64,000 nucleotides of DNA from a virus: IMG/VR virus record IMGVR_UViG_3300022752_000027, positions 1 through 64,000 of that record, one strand, 5' to 3'. Under the pieces are notes generated by a model. It worked only from the letters and a program-made list of their open reading frames with translations, had not been told where the DNA came from and did not search any database. Numbering within the stretch: position 1 is the stretch's first letter; each line of letters begins with the position of its first letter. The translations under genes were made by a program, and so were the position numbers. Shown piece by piece: positions 8,680-19,104 of this stretch.

Positions 8680-11600
8680 ATGAGCTTTCCTATAGTATAT
8701 GTTGTAACTAGAAATACAAATGGAGTATATAAATCAATTGATGGTGGTGCTACTTTTGTACAAACTGGAACAAACAATTTAACATCCCAAGTTACTGATG
8801 TTGCTCTTTCAGATAGACCTGAGTCACATTCTGTAATTTTATATGGTGATGGACCAACTACAACACCATATTATTCTTTTAATGACGGGGCAAGTTATCA
8901 AGCTGGAGAAAATACTGTAGGAAAAGAAGTAACATATGTAGGTCAATTTACATATGTTTTTGGTAGTACAAATTCTGCATCTGGTAGTGGTGCTATTTTA
9001 GAAATGTCTTTTGATGAAGGCATGTCTATTGGAGCTACAATAGATGTTACATCATTGTTTAATTATGCCGGTGCTGTATATAATAATATTACCATTACTG
9101 GATTTGACTTTACAAATAGTGCGGGTGGTTATATAACTATTGCTGGTGATCAAAATAACGGAGCAGCAGATCAAATATTAACAAGAACATATGATCGAGG
9201 CGTATCTTTTCCTAATGCCTTAATACTTCCAGGAAATCTTGGAATTATTAGGGGTGTATGGGTAAGTCCAGAAAGAAATGTTGTATTTGCTATTGGAGAA
9301 CCTGATACAATAAGAGGAGTATTATATAGTATTAATCCTTCTTTAACTGAGGCTCCGGTAAAAGTACTTGATAATTTTATGGCTGGTAGTATTGCAAATG
9401 ACTTAACAGTTAAGTTTGCTTCGGTTCCACCAACGTATAATACAAGTGCAACATTTGAAGATCCCACAATACAGTATATAAAATTCAAATCTAAAGTTTA
9501 TTTTTTAGATAGTTCAGGAAAAGTTTATTATTCAGATGATTATGGTTTTACTTGGGAATATCGATCAACTGTTCCAGGTGTATGTGTAGATATTGTTGCT
9601 CTTTCAGAAAATACAGTTTTAGTATTAAGCAAATCACCTACTTCAGTATTTAAATCTGTAGACGGTGGATTTACTTTTATAGAAAATCCTCAAGCATCTT
9701 GGGTTGATCCAAAAGCAATTTCTCATGTTGCATCAACAGATTGTAGTCATTGCAATCCTGGATTTACACCAACAATGGCTACCATTGGATTTTGTAAAAG
9801 GGAAGATAGATATATTGGAACATTATGTAATCCTCCATACATATATTCTGAATTTTTAGCTGCTTGTGCAAAACCATCAACGATTGTCCCAACTAATCTT
9901 ATTATATCTCTTGATTACTCTAACAGTGTAGAATTTAATGAACGCCTACTCTTTAGAAAATATATTGAGTTGTTAATCTCAAAATTAGAGGACCGTTTGT
10001 TAGATGGCTCAATGAAAGTAGCTATAATTGGATGGTCATCCCAAGCATGTCTACAGCAACCATTTACAAGTGATATAAATCTGTTATATACTGCTCTTTA
10101 CACAGATCCACCGATTGTTCAGGGTGCAGGATGTTTTCAAAATGGCACAAACCATACAGAAGCTATGTGTCTTGCAATCAGAACTCTTTATGAGGAATCT
10201 CTTTTAAGACCTGATGCTGAAAATGTTCTTGCTTTGTTTACTGATGGTGCTAACGGATACGAAGCAAATCCACTTTCCTATAGTGGATGTGATTTAAGTG
10301 ATATTGGATTATTACCTGTTGTTCCACCAGATACTGCCCAAGATAATATAGTATTTTGGGATCATGAACAGCTTGATATGTATCGACTAGTTAAAAATGC
10401 AAAAGAGCAATTAAATAACGGAAAAGGATTTAAATTAATTGCTACTATACTGGGGAATACTGTTGAAAGAGAAAGTGTCAAAGACTTTTTAATTACATAT
10501 CCTGTAAGTAATTTAAACTCTGGTCCATTAGGTCCTGATTATGCAGTGCCTTCTCGTATACCAAATACAGATAAATATTATTTTCTTGATGGTGGTACTT
10601 TTGATAATGCACAATTTATTGCTGATCAAATTAGATTAGGATTAGCTGCAGAGGTTGTATCTTCACCAACATGCCCAGATGGATGTATACCAAAAGCAGG
10701 AATTGACAATTTAGGGTACTGTTCATGCGATGAACGATTGGCTTGGACAGATTGTACATTTGATATAAAAAATTGTGATACTGGAGAAGTTGTTGCTGTA
10801 AAGAGTCAATTTATTGCGATAACTCCAGGTACTGTAATAAGATTAAATCCGCAGGGGGCAGTAGATTCCACTTACAATCCTTGGTTCTATGATGGTGGGG
10901 CAGGATGCTGGCTTGTAGTTGAAACTGGTATTGCCAATCCTAACATTTCTTATATTAGACCAGATGTTAGTGCTGGAGGATATGGTGGATATCCTAGTTG
11001 CTCCGCATGTGCACTACCGCCATGGTATAGACTTACTGACTGTTTAGATAATACATTTATTATTTATACTCAAAATCCGGAGTTTCAAACTTTACTTGAT
11101 GCAGGAACTGATACAATAACTCATAATAATTATCCTGATCGTTGTTTTTTAATTGAAAATATTGGTTCAGATAATACTTATGAAGAAAGTAATATTACAT
11201 TTTCAGGAATTGATTTTAAAGGATTAGGTTGCCAATCTTGTCCTAGACAACAGGCAGTAAATTTTAAATTAACAAGATTAAACTTAGATTGTTCTTCTGA
11301 TCCAACAAACATAATTTATAGTTTAGGGCTTACATCAGATTTACAACCATATATTAGTCAGATTGTAAATTTAGAAGGTTTTAGTAATATTTGTTGGTTA
11401 GTTGAACTTGATTCTGAAATACAAACTGTATATCAGCCTGTAGTTGTAACTAATGCATATCCTACTTGCACAGATTGCCAACCACCAATAACATACAGGT
11501 TTGTAAATTCTTGTGAAGATTCTAATGTAGTATTATACAGCAATCAAGATTTTTCACAATATGTTGGTCAAATAGTTAATCTTCAGGAATATCCTGGAAA

Positions 11601-12180
11601 TTGTTTTCTATGCGATTTATCAACTGATAACTCTCCATCAGTGCAGAATCTAACAATTAATGGTGAACCGTATGCAAGTTGCCCAGATTGTTTAGTTACT
11701 TATTATCAGCTTACAAATTGTGCTAATCCTAATGTTATTTTGATAAGTCAATCAACTGAGTTATCAAGATATTTAGGGAAAACAATTACCGCAGCTGGGT
11801 ATACAGGACTCTGCTTTACAGTAACACAACCTAAATGTGATTGTATAAGAGTAACAATAAACGGAGTAGAATATGATGCTTATGCTCAAACTAATCAGTT
11901 TAATGGAAGAAATGTATACTACATTACAACAGATGCCGGTGATGAGCTGTCTATAGCATGGAGTGTAAATCCAAATAGATGGGAATTGTTTGACCGTACT
12001 ACATTAAATGCATATGGGTTTAATACTAAAGATAGTGATTGCCCATTTAGTAATTATTGGACAATCATCCAGGGTTCTCCGTATATTATAACAACAGTTA
12101 GTTTCTGTGCAGATAGGATTTATAACATTGCACCTGAACTAGAGTTTATTGATTGCCAACCTTGTATAAACTGTATATAA
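8680..12180 (+). CDS. Multidomain fibre/adhesin: Asp-box beta-propeller, vWA domain and Cys-rich repeats
   Basis: Asp-boxes (SIDGGATF, SDDYGFTW, SVDGGFTF and others); MIDAS motif DYSNS...T...TDG; five CxxC-terminated repeats. Confidence 0.75.
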   Translation: MSFPIVYVVTRNTNGVYKSIDGGATFVQTGTNNLTSQVTDVALSDRPESHSVILYGDGPTTTPYYSFNDGASYQAGENTVGKEVTYVGQFTYVFGSTNSASGSGAILEMSFDEGMSIGATIDVTSLFNYAGAVYNNITITGFDFTNSAGGYITIAGDQNNGAADQILTRTYDRGVSFPNALILPGNLGIIRGVWVSPERNVVFAIGEPDTIRGVLYSINPSLTEAPVKVLDNFMAGSIANDLTVKFASVPPTYNTSATFEDPTIQYIKFKSKVYFLDSSGKVYYSDDYGFTWEYRSTVPGVCVDIVALSENTVLVLSKSPTSVFKSVDGGFTFIENPQASWVDPKAISHVASTDCSHCNPGFTPTMATIGFCKREDRYIGTLCNPPYIYSEFLAACAKPSTIVPTNLIISLDYSNSVEFNERLLFRKYIELLISKLEDRLLDGSMKVAIIGWSSQACLQQPFTSDINLLYTALYTDPPIVQGAGCFQNGTNHTEAMCLAIRTLYEESLLRPDAENVLALFTDGANGYEANPLSYSGCDLSDIGLLPVVPPDTAQDNIVFWDHEQLDMYRLVKNAKEQLNNGKGFKLIATILGNTVERESVKDFLITYPVSNLNSGPLGPDYAVPSRIPNTDKYYFLDGGTFDNAQFIADQIRLGLAAEVVSSPTCPDGCIPKAGIDNLGYCSCDERLAWTDCTFDIKNCDTGEVVAVKSQFIAITPGTVIRLNPQGAVDSTYNPWFYDGGAGCWLVVETGIANPNISYIRPDVSAGGYGGYPSCSACALPPWYRLTDCLDNTFIIYTQNPEFQTLLDAGTDTITHNNYPDRCFLIENIGSDNTYEESNITFSGIDFKGLGCQSCPRQQAVNFKLTRLNLDCSSDPTNIIYSLGLTSDLQPYISQIVNLEGFSNICWLVELDSEIQTVYQPVVVTNAYPTCTDCQPPITYRFVNSCEDSNVVLYSNQDFSQYVGQIVNLQEYPGNCFLCDLSTDNSPSVQNLTINGEPYASCPDCLVTYYQLTNCANPNVILISQSTELSRYLGKTITAAGYTGLCFTVTQPKCDCIRVTINGVEYDAYAQTNQFNGRNVYYITTDAGDELSIAWSVNPNRWELFDRTTLNAYGFNTKDSDCPFSNYWTIIQGSPYIITTVSFCADRIYNIAPELEFIDCQPCINCI

Positions 12181-12192
12181 CTATAGAATAAA

Positions 12193-13113
12193 ATGAATAT
12201 TGCCGGAAGATGTGTTACACTTGTTGCCTGTCGAACTGGAGAAGTATCTTATTACTCTACCACGGCTGAGACTCTGGCTGATACTATTGTTAACTTAGTT
12301 GGTATAGGCAATATTGTTGAAATAAATGATCCACTGCATTTTGCAGAACAGTATTATACAATAATTAGCAGTTGTAATTTATTTGAATATAGTGAACTTT
12401 GTCAAGAGTGTAACTCAAGTCCAAATCAAATTGCTGATATTGCAGGAGACCTTCTTCAATACTGGGCAGCTACATCTTTTGGTTCAGATTGCCCATATAT
12501 AAATCGTGCCTTTGTATTAGTAAACTGTAGATCAAATTATACATTTGATAGAATACCAAGTATAGTTCAATCACCTGAAACAGCATTAGTCACATCTACA
12601 GATATGACAGCCTACGTAGGCATGGTGGTTAATATTATGGAATACCCAGGTATATGTTTTAATATACTTGGTCCATATGATGCAAATACGGGATGTCCAT
12701 GTGATGAGTTTACTATAATGGATGCGTTTCCTGATTGTGAATGCTGTTATCCACCAGTTGATGACCAACCTGTTGATTGTTGTGATATTCCTAAGTATAC
12801 ACAAAAGCCAGTTAAAAAGTTTTATCATATAGTAGATTCAGAATGTGAGATACGAGATAACCAAAAATTTGGTAATGGATACTACAAACTTTTTAATGAA
12901 GTAAAGAATGGAATACAAAACTGCTGCAGTAATATAGATTTTGATAAACTTTGGATTAAAAAAGAACTATCTGATTACTCTAGAATTAATCCTTCTGACC
13001 AATGTGTTACAATAATTCCTCCGATTGTTGAGCCATGTATAGGTCCAGATCCTCTTGCTTTAGCATGTAGTCCGGTAACAAACATAACTACTGTATCAAT
13101 TTTTGTCGCATAA
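12193..13113 (+). CDS. Cys-rich virion protein sharing the repeat of the upstream gene
   Basis: LVNC...YVGMVVNIMEYPGICF...FPDCECC. Confidence 0.6.
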   Translation: MNIAGRCVTLVACRTGEVSYYSTTAETLADTIVNLVGIGNIVEINDPLHFAEQYYTIISSCNLFEYSELCQECNSSPNQIADIAGDLLQYWAATSFGSDCPYINRAFVLVNCRSNYTFDRIPSIVQSPETALVTSTDMTAYVGMVVNIMEYPGICFNILGPYDANTGCPCDEFTIMDAFPDCECCYPPVDDQPVDCCDIPKYTQKPVKKFYHIVDSECEIRDNQKFGNGYYKLFNEVKNGIQNCCSNIDFDKLWIKKELSDYSRINPSDQCVTIIPPIVEPCIGPDPLALACSPVTNITTVSIFVA

Positions 13114-13149
13114 TTTTTAAATAAAGTAAAAATTTAGTAAATTAACAAT

Positions 13150-14685
13150 ATGGCACTCCCTATAAAACCTAAGGATACACAAGAAGGATGTAATCCTATT
13201 TCATCTAATTGCATTATTTGGCAAGGACCAGATATTCCTTGTATAGATTTATGCAATGGTGATTCAGTAAGTGATGTTGTTGCAAAACTTGCAGAAGAGT
13301 TATGTAGAATTGCTGATCAATTGAATATCAGCCTTTTAGACTTATCTTGCTTTGGAACATTATCACCAACACCTCAGACTTTTAGGGATGTTGTTAATCT
13401 GCTTATTACTAAGATTTGCAGCTTAGAAAATGTTGACCCCACAGGAGCATCATCTAGCGGATGTCCAGATGACTGTTTAGTTACAGTTGCAGAATGCTTA
13501 CAGTCTCAAGATGCATTAGGAAATACTATAACAGCACTTCCTCTAAAAGACTATTTGATTCTTATTGCTAATAGAATCTGTACAATAATATCTCAAATTA
13601 ATACTTTAACATCTGCTGTAACAGATTTACAAAATAGAGTTGATAATATTGAAAATCAACTTGCTAATCCTGTACTTCCTGCACAAATCGAAATAACTTC
13701 TGGAAACTGTGTTGGAAATGGTGCAACATTAACAATTCAAGCATTTGTTCTTGCACTAGAGACTGAGTTTTGTAGACTTAGTACTTTAGTAGGTACCGCC
13801 AGTGAAATTAATACAGCAATATCACAACAGTGTTTAGTTGATGGTCAGCCTCTTGATAATGCTCCTCAGTTGTCCAATCCTGGTTCAAATATGAGTAATA
13901 TTCCAGGATGGGTCAATGGATCATCATATGGAACATTAGCCGATGCAGTAAATAATCTATGGCTTACGGTATGTGATATGAGAGTTGCTATTGCCGATAT
14001 GCAAGCAACATTAGCTACATGTTGTGGAGCTACCTGTGATGATGTTAATTGGAACTTTACTGCAACAGGTGTAGACGGACAAAAGAATCTTACATTATAT
14101 CTCACAGGATCAATACCAGCAGCATTTGATTATTGTAGCGGCTCTACAAGTCCAGTTACCGTTCTTAATGCTGCAGGACAAACAGGTACATATCCTCTTG
14201 ATATTATAACTAATATTAATTCAGGAGCACCGTTAACTTTAGACTTAACAACAGGTCCTGTTAACCAAGGTGGTCTATGGTATAGAGTAACTGTTCCATT
14301 ATGTGTAACAAATGGTACACTTACATGTAGTACAACACATGTATATGAATTTTATGATCCAGAATGGTGTACTAAACGAGCATTCCAATTTACATCTGCC
14401 AATGTTACTCCAAATACAAGCGGAACATTATCTCTTTCAATTGTAAATTCAGGATTAGCTACAACCTATACATTAAGATTATACCTTGATAATGGACAAC
14501 CTGTACCTGTATTAATAAATACACATGTAAGTCCTATACAGGTAGGCGGTTCTTACTCATATAGTTTCCCAGGAACATATGCCTCGGGAGATACATATTT
14601 TGTTGAGGTAACATCATCACAAGTTGGTGCTGGACCAGCAAAAACTATTGTATGTCAAACTGATACAATTCCTGTTGCATCATAA
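13150..14685 (+). CDS. Cys-rich tail fibre-like protein with a coiled coil
   Basis: N-terminal CNPISSNCIIWQGPDIPC module; heptad stretch INTLTSAVTDLQNRVDNIENQL; beta-rich C-terminus. Confidence 0.6.
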   Translation: MALPIKPKDTQEGCNPISSNCIIWQGPDIPCIDLCNGDSVSDVVAKLAEELCRIADQLNISLLDLSCFGTLSPTPQTFRDVVNLLITKICSLENVDPTGASSSGCPDDCLVTVAECLQSQDALGNTITALPLKDYLILIANRICTIISQINTLTSAVTDLQNRVDNIENQLANPVLPAQIEITSGNCVGNGATLTIQAFVLALETEFCRLSTLVGTASEINTAISQQCLVDGQPLDNAPQLSNPGSNMSNIPGWVNGSSYGTLADAVNNLWLTVCDMRVAIADMQATLATCCGATCDDVNWNFTATGVDGQKNLTLYLTGSIPAAFDYCSGSTSPVTVLNAAGQTGTYPLDIITNINSGAPLTLDLTTGPVNQGGLWYRVTVPLCVTNGTLTCSTTHVYEFYDPEWCTKRAFQFTSANVTPNTSGTLSLSIVNSGLATTYTLRLYLDNGQPVPVLINTHVSPIQVGGSYSYSFPGTYASGDTYFVEVTSSQVGAGPAKTIVCQTDTIPVAS

Positions 14686-14703
14686 TAATAAATAATAAAG
14701 AAA

Positions 14704-17268
14704 ATGAGCTGTAAAAAATGTGCAAGTGGAAGTAAAACATGTGGCTGTAGGGATACTGCTTATACTACTCCTATAGTAACTACATGTTTACCTGCATGTC
14801 CTCCACGCTGTTCAGAATATATGAGTGCTGCATGTATAGTACTTTCTGATGGTATTAATGACCTTGGTATTGCACCGGGTCAGTCATTAGAAAGCATTCT
14901 TCAAAGAATAGCACTTATCCTTACTAATCCAATGTGTGTTGAATATTCGGGAGGCATTGGATCTGGAATAGGAAATGAATTACCATTTGCTGGCAACGGT
15001 ATTGTAGAGGTAGGTGTAGATGCACCAACAAATATTTTTGTTACTCCTATTGTACCTGTAACAACTCCTGGTGGAAATCTTACTCTTACATTACAAGATC
15101 AACCTTCTAATACTGTATTTGCAGGTCCTACTAGTGGTCCAGATGCTATTCCGACATTTAGAGCATTGGTCATTGACGATATTCCTGATTTTACTACCGG
15201 GTCTTCAATCCTTATGGGAGATGGTGCAGGTAAATTTACTAATGTAACTATTGGTCCAAAACTTACATTTTCTGGTGGTATTCTTAATGCCGATGTTGAT
15301 GTAGTAGTTGGTGCAGATAATGGACTTAGTAAAAATCCATTAAATGATGATGAGGTATGGTTGGGAGGAACACTTCTTCAGAATACTGTAATTGATGGAG
15401 ATACCAATGCTTACTCTTTTACTTTAAGTGCCCTACAAGATTTTATAGTTGAAACAGATAGTACTATTTATTTCAAAACTGAGCTTGGAACTAATAAAAC
15501 AGAACTTTTCTATAATTCCAATACATCTGTATTTCAATTTACAGACTTTACTTCAGCCACTGAATTAGCATATGCTGGTGTGGCTGGAATTGACTCATTT
15601 ATAGGAATTGATACAAGCTACGGAACTGCATACGTTAGTGTAGAAAAAGGTGGTTCTGATAATGAAATTATTATTCATACTCCTAAGATTGATGGCGGTA
15701 CAGCACTTGTAAATCAAGTACTTACATTAAAAGCTACTACTGGTAAGGCTGAATGGGAAAATGTTATTGCTACTATTTCTGCAAGTGAGGGTCTTATTAC
15801 AGATCCTTTAAATCCAGATGATGTGCAACTTGGCGGTCCTTCAGGTTCTCCTTCTGCACTTACTCAAAACAGATATATAGATAATGATGGTTACACATTA
15901 AAGCTTTCTGCTACAACTGGAGCAGCACAGCTATTAGAACTTGAAAATAACTTTAATAGCAGTACATGTTTAACACTTACTCAAATAGCAGGCGACTTAT
16001 TAGGAGAAGCTATTTATATTATTGCAGATGGTGTAGGTATTGCAATTGATACACAAACTACTGGATTTGAGATTGAACAAAGAGGTAATGCTTCATATAT
16101 ATCTACTATAAGTGATGCAGGTGCCGTAAGAGAGGTTTTAAATATTAGATCTCCTTATTTGTCATCTTTACCGATTGTTGGATATGGAGCACAATTATCA
16201 TTTACATTAAATAATTTAGTAACTGCTGGCTCTTTACAGTATTCATCATTTATTACTTCAAGTTATACTAATGTAACAACAGGTACTGGTGCAACAAAAC
16301 TTTCACTAGCTACTAAAAATACTGGTGATGCAAATCCTGTAACTAATCTTGAAGTACTTGGTACAGGTCAACTTGTACTAAACAAGTATTTATCTACATC
16401 ATCTTTTGCTGGTACTGCAGTTGGTTTATTAGGATTTGATGCTTCAGGTAATATTATTACTGAATCAGCAAGTGGTGTATCAGTAAGTGCTGCTGAAGGT
16501 TTATCAATCGGAGCAACACCTGGTCAAGTAGAATTAGGTAAGTCTACTCTTTCCGTAGGTGCTGACTTTAGCGCTAACAGATTTATAAATACCGGACTTT
16601 ACAACTTTACTTTATCAGGTACTAAGAATGGTGCAAGTACATCAATACTAAGTGTTGATAATACAGCTGGAACAACTAACTCTAGTGCCATCAGAGCATC
16701 AACTAATGGAACAAGTGGTTATGCTATTTATGGATCAACAACTGCTCTTGGAGCTGTTTCTGTGTATGGTAATGCAAGTAATGGTACAGCTGTTCAAGGT
16801 ATATCAGCAAATGGTGCTGGTGTAGTTGCTACATCAACATCTGGAATTGCATTACAGTCAACTGGATCTGGAAACTTAGCAGGTTCATTTACTAGAACTC
16901 AAAGCAACAATACTATTGAAAATGCAATAAAATTTGTAAAGCTTTGCTCTGGAACTGCTGCTGCTGGTATCGGTACAGGACTTTTAGTAAATATTGAAGA
17001 CGACTCTGGTAGCGCAAATACAGCAGGTAGTCTTACATTTGAATATACTGATGTAACATCTGCAACAAGAGATGCACTCTTTAAAGTAAAAGTAGTTGAC
17101 TCAGGTACTCAACTTACATTGGTTGAGGTAGGTAGTGGTCAGACTATACGATTCCCACAGAATTTGCCTGGACCATATGCCAATGATACAGCAGCTAGTG
17201 CTGGTGGTGTACCACAATATGCATTGTACATTGATTCTAGTTCAACAGTTAAACTTTGTCAAATTTAA
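14704..17268 (+). CDS. Tail fibre protein
   Basis: Cys-rich N-terminus, AGPTSG..A.PTFRAL fibre motif, three internal repeats, and a Gly/Ser/Thr-rich AIYG/AVQG segment. Confidence 0.7.
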   Translation: MSCKKCASGSKTCGCRDTAYTTPIVTTCLPACPPRCSEYMSAACIVLSDGINDLGIAPGQSLESILQRIALILTNPMCVEYSGGIGSGIGNELPFAGNGIVEVGVDAPTNIFVTPIVPVTTPGGNLTLTLQDQPSNTVFAGPTSGPDAIPTFRALVIDDIPDFTTGSSILMGDGAGKFTNVTIGPKLTFSGGILNADVDVVVGADNGLSKNPLNDDEVWLGGTLLQNTVIDGDTNAYSFTLSALQDFIVETDSTIYFKTELGTNKTELFYNSNTSVFQFTDFTSATELAYAGVAGIDSFIGIDTSYGTAYVSVEKGGSDNEIIIHTPKIDGGTALVNQVLTLKATTGKAEWENVIATISASEGLITDPLNPDDVQLGGPSGSPSALTQNRYIDNDGYTLKLSATTGAAQLLELENNFNSSTCLTLTQIAGDLLGEAIYIIADGVGIAIDTQTTGFEIEQRGNASYISTISDAGAVREVLNIRSPYLSSLPIVGYGAQLSFTLNNLVTAGSLQYSSFITSSYTNVTTGTGATKLSLATKNTGDANPVTNLEVLGTGQLVLNKYLSTSSFAGTAVGLLGFDASGNIITESASGVSVSAAEGLSIGATPGQVELGKSTLSVGADFSANRFINTGLYNFTLSGTKNGASTSILSVDNTAGTTNSSAIRASTNGTSGYAIYGSTTALGAVSVYGNASNGTAVQGISANGAGVVATSTSGIALQSTGSGNLAGSFTRTQSNNTIENAIKFVKLCSGTAAAGIGTGLLVNIEDDSGSANTAGSLTFEYTDVTSATRDALFKVKVVDSGTQLTLVEVGSGQTIRFPQNLPGPYANDTAASAGGVPQYALYIDSSSTVKLCQI

Positions 17269-17280
17269 TAGTAAAAGAAA

Positions 17281-17559
17281 ATGGCTTGCTTATCCTCAAT
17301 TCCGTTAACTACAATTAATGTAACTAGTACAACTATTACACTTAATTGGGGTGCTGTAGAAAATGCAACGGGATATCAGTTAGAATATAAAGTAAATGAT
17401 CCTGCAGTTTTAGTATATACAATACTTCCCCAACAAACTACTACATCTGTTGTAGCAAGTTCATTAATACCAGGAACAGAATATCAGTTCAGAGTAAATA
17501 CTTTATGCAGTGGCGGTGAATCTTGTTACTCTGCAACAATTCTAAAAAGTACGCTGTAA
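17281..17559 (+). CDS. Single fibronectin type III domain protein
   Basis: NVTSTTITLNW....ATGYQLEYK...SLIPGTEYQFRVNTLC. Confidence 0.8.
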   Translation: MACLSSIPLTTINVTSTTITLNWGAVENATGYQLEYKVNDPAVLVYTILPQQTTTSVVASSLIPGTEYQFRVNTLCSGGESCYSATILKSTL

Positions 17560-17562
17560 TAA

Positions 17563-18981
17563 ATGACTCCATTACTTACAATAACGTATACCCCTCAGTA
17601 TCAGGGTTGCCATAGAGTTTGTTTTAGAACTACGCAACTGCAATACTGTTGTTATTTAGATAATAGCGGATCTACAATAGGTACACCAAAAACAGTAGAT
17701 ATTTATTTGTCTAATTATACTCAGTGTTTAGGTTTTATACCATCAGAAATAAGCTGTAATGGTGATACTGCTGTAACAGGTTATATACAACCATGCTGCT
17801 CTGATGAAACGTCTTTAAGTAATAGAACTGCATTCACAGCAACATTTGCCTCTACTGAATGCACATCCTATAATATTTTATGCCCAGAGTCAGGAATAGG
17901 CGAGTTAACTATTAATAACCCAGGATATGGATGGCCTGTCGGAGTCACACCTACCATATCAGTAATTGATTCATTTTTATATGGTAGTGGTTTTGTTACA
18001 TCTGTAACTATGAACTGTGAACCAGGAGATTCATACTGTTCGATAGATAGTATAACTATAGAAAATCCCGGAATCAATTATTATTATTTAAATCTTATTA
18101 GTGTAGATGTTAGTCCTTTACCATCTTGTATCGGTGAAGAATTAATAGTTGATGGAGCATTTACTAATGGTTTAAATGATTGGACTGTTAATCCTATTGT
18201 AAGTCCAGCAGCTTGGTACATGTCAGGTTCAAATGCACGATATGCAATTGATATATATGGGGGAACATTACCAGGGTCACTTAGCCAAAACGTATTGACT
18301 CCAGGTAAAACTTATGATATTAGTTTTTCACTTGAAATAGGAGTAAGTAGTGGAATTGGAAATGTAATTGTAACTGCTGGTACATTTGATCCTTCGGGTA
18401 CACAACCAAATCAATATTTGCATGTCCAAAATCCAGGTCCAATATTTAATGGACTAATAACTGCAACTCTTCCATGTGTAGGAACAAATGAATTTAGTAT
18501 TTATGTATCATCTACTACTCCATCAATAGCATCAAGAGTAGAAATATATAATGTTTCTGTTGTACAACAATGCACTGTCATAGAGCCTGATATTGAAGTA
18601 ACAGCTTTAGATGACTGTGGAACATTTACAGTTCCTAATTGTGATGGCACAGATAATCCAATAACATACGAACTTCTCGGAAATCCTGATTTTAGTATTA
18701 ATGTATGCGCTGGTGGAACAGGACCTGACGCGCCTAAATATGATGTAGTACCTTCAATTGTATCATGTTGTGATTGTAGGCTGTATCAAGTAATAGTAAA
18801 TAGTGAAATTGATATTTACTATACTGATTGTAATCAAACAATTGATGTAGTGACTGTTCAAACTGGATTACAAGGTGTAACAGTTTGTGCTATTCCAGAT
18901 AGCATATTTACAGTTAACAAGCTTGATAGATTAGAAATTATATCAATAACTGAAGTAGGAACTTGCATACCTAATCAATAG
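17563..18981 (+). CDS. Cys-rich virion protein with a putative carbohydrate-binding module
   Basis: Two I(N/E)NPG repeats; ELIVDGAFTNGLNDW...LSQNVLTPGKTYDISF resembles CBM4/9-like jelly-roll domains. Confidence 0.55.
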   Translation: MTPLLTITYTPQYQGCHRVCFRTTQLQYCCYLDNSGSTIGTPKTVDIYLSNYTQCLGFIPSEISCNGDTAVTGYIQPCCSDETSLSNRTAFTATFASTECTSYNILCPESGIGELTINNPGYGWPVGVTPTISVIDSFLYGSGFVTSVTMNCEPGDSYCSIDSITIENPGINYYYLNLISVDVSPLPSCIGEELIVDGAFTNGLNDWTVNPIVSPAAWYMSGSNARYAIDIYGGTLPGSLSQNVLTPGKTYDISFSLEIGVSSGIGNVIVTAGTFDPSGTQPNQYLHVQNPGPIFNGLITATLPCVGTNEFSIYVSSTTPSIASRVEIYNVSVVQQCTVIEPDIEVTALDDCGTFTVPNCDGTDNPITYELLGNPDFSINVCAGGTGPDAPKYDVVPSIVSCCDCRLYQVIVNSEIDIYYTDCNQTIDVVTVQTGLQGVTVCAIPDSIFTVNKLDRLEIISITEVGTCIPNQ

Positions 18982-19012
18982 TCCACATTTGTTGGTTTTT
19001 GTGTGACTCTTT

Positions 19013-19045
19013 AAATACCCCTAGGTAATGACTTAGGGGTATTTT
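19013..19045 (+). terminator. Intrinsic terminator ending the fibre block
   Basis: AAATACCCCTAGGT-AATG-ACTTAGGGGTATTTT. Confidence 0.8.
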
Positions 19046-19104
19046 ACTATATTTGAACTTAATATACACAACTTGAAGTAATATTTTGTAAATTATAATA
19101 TAGC

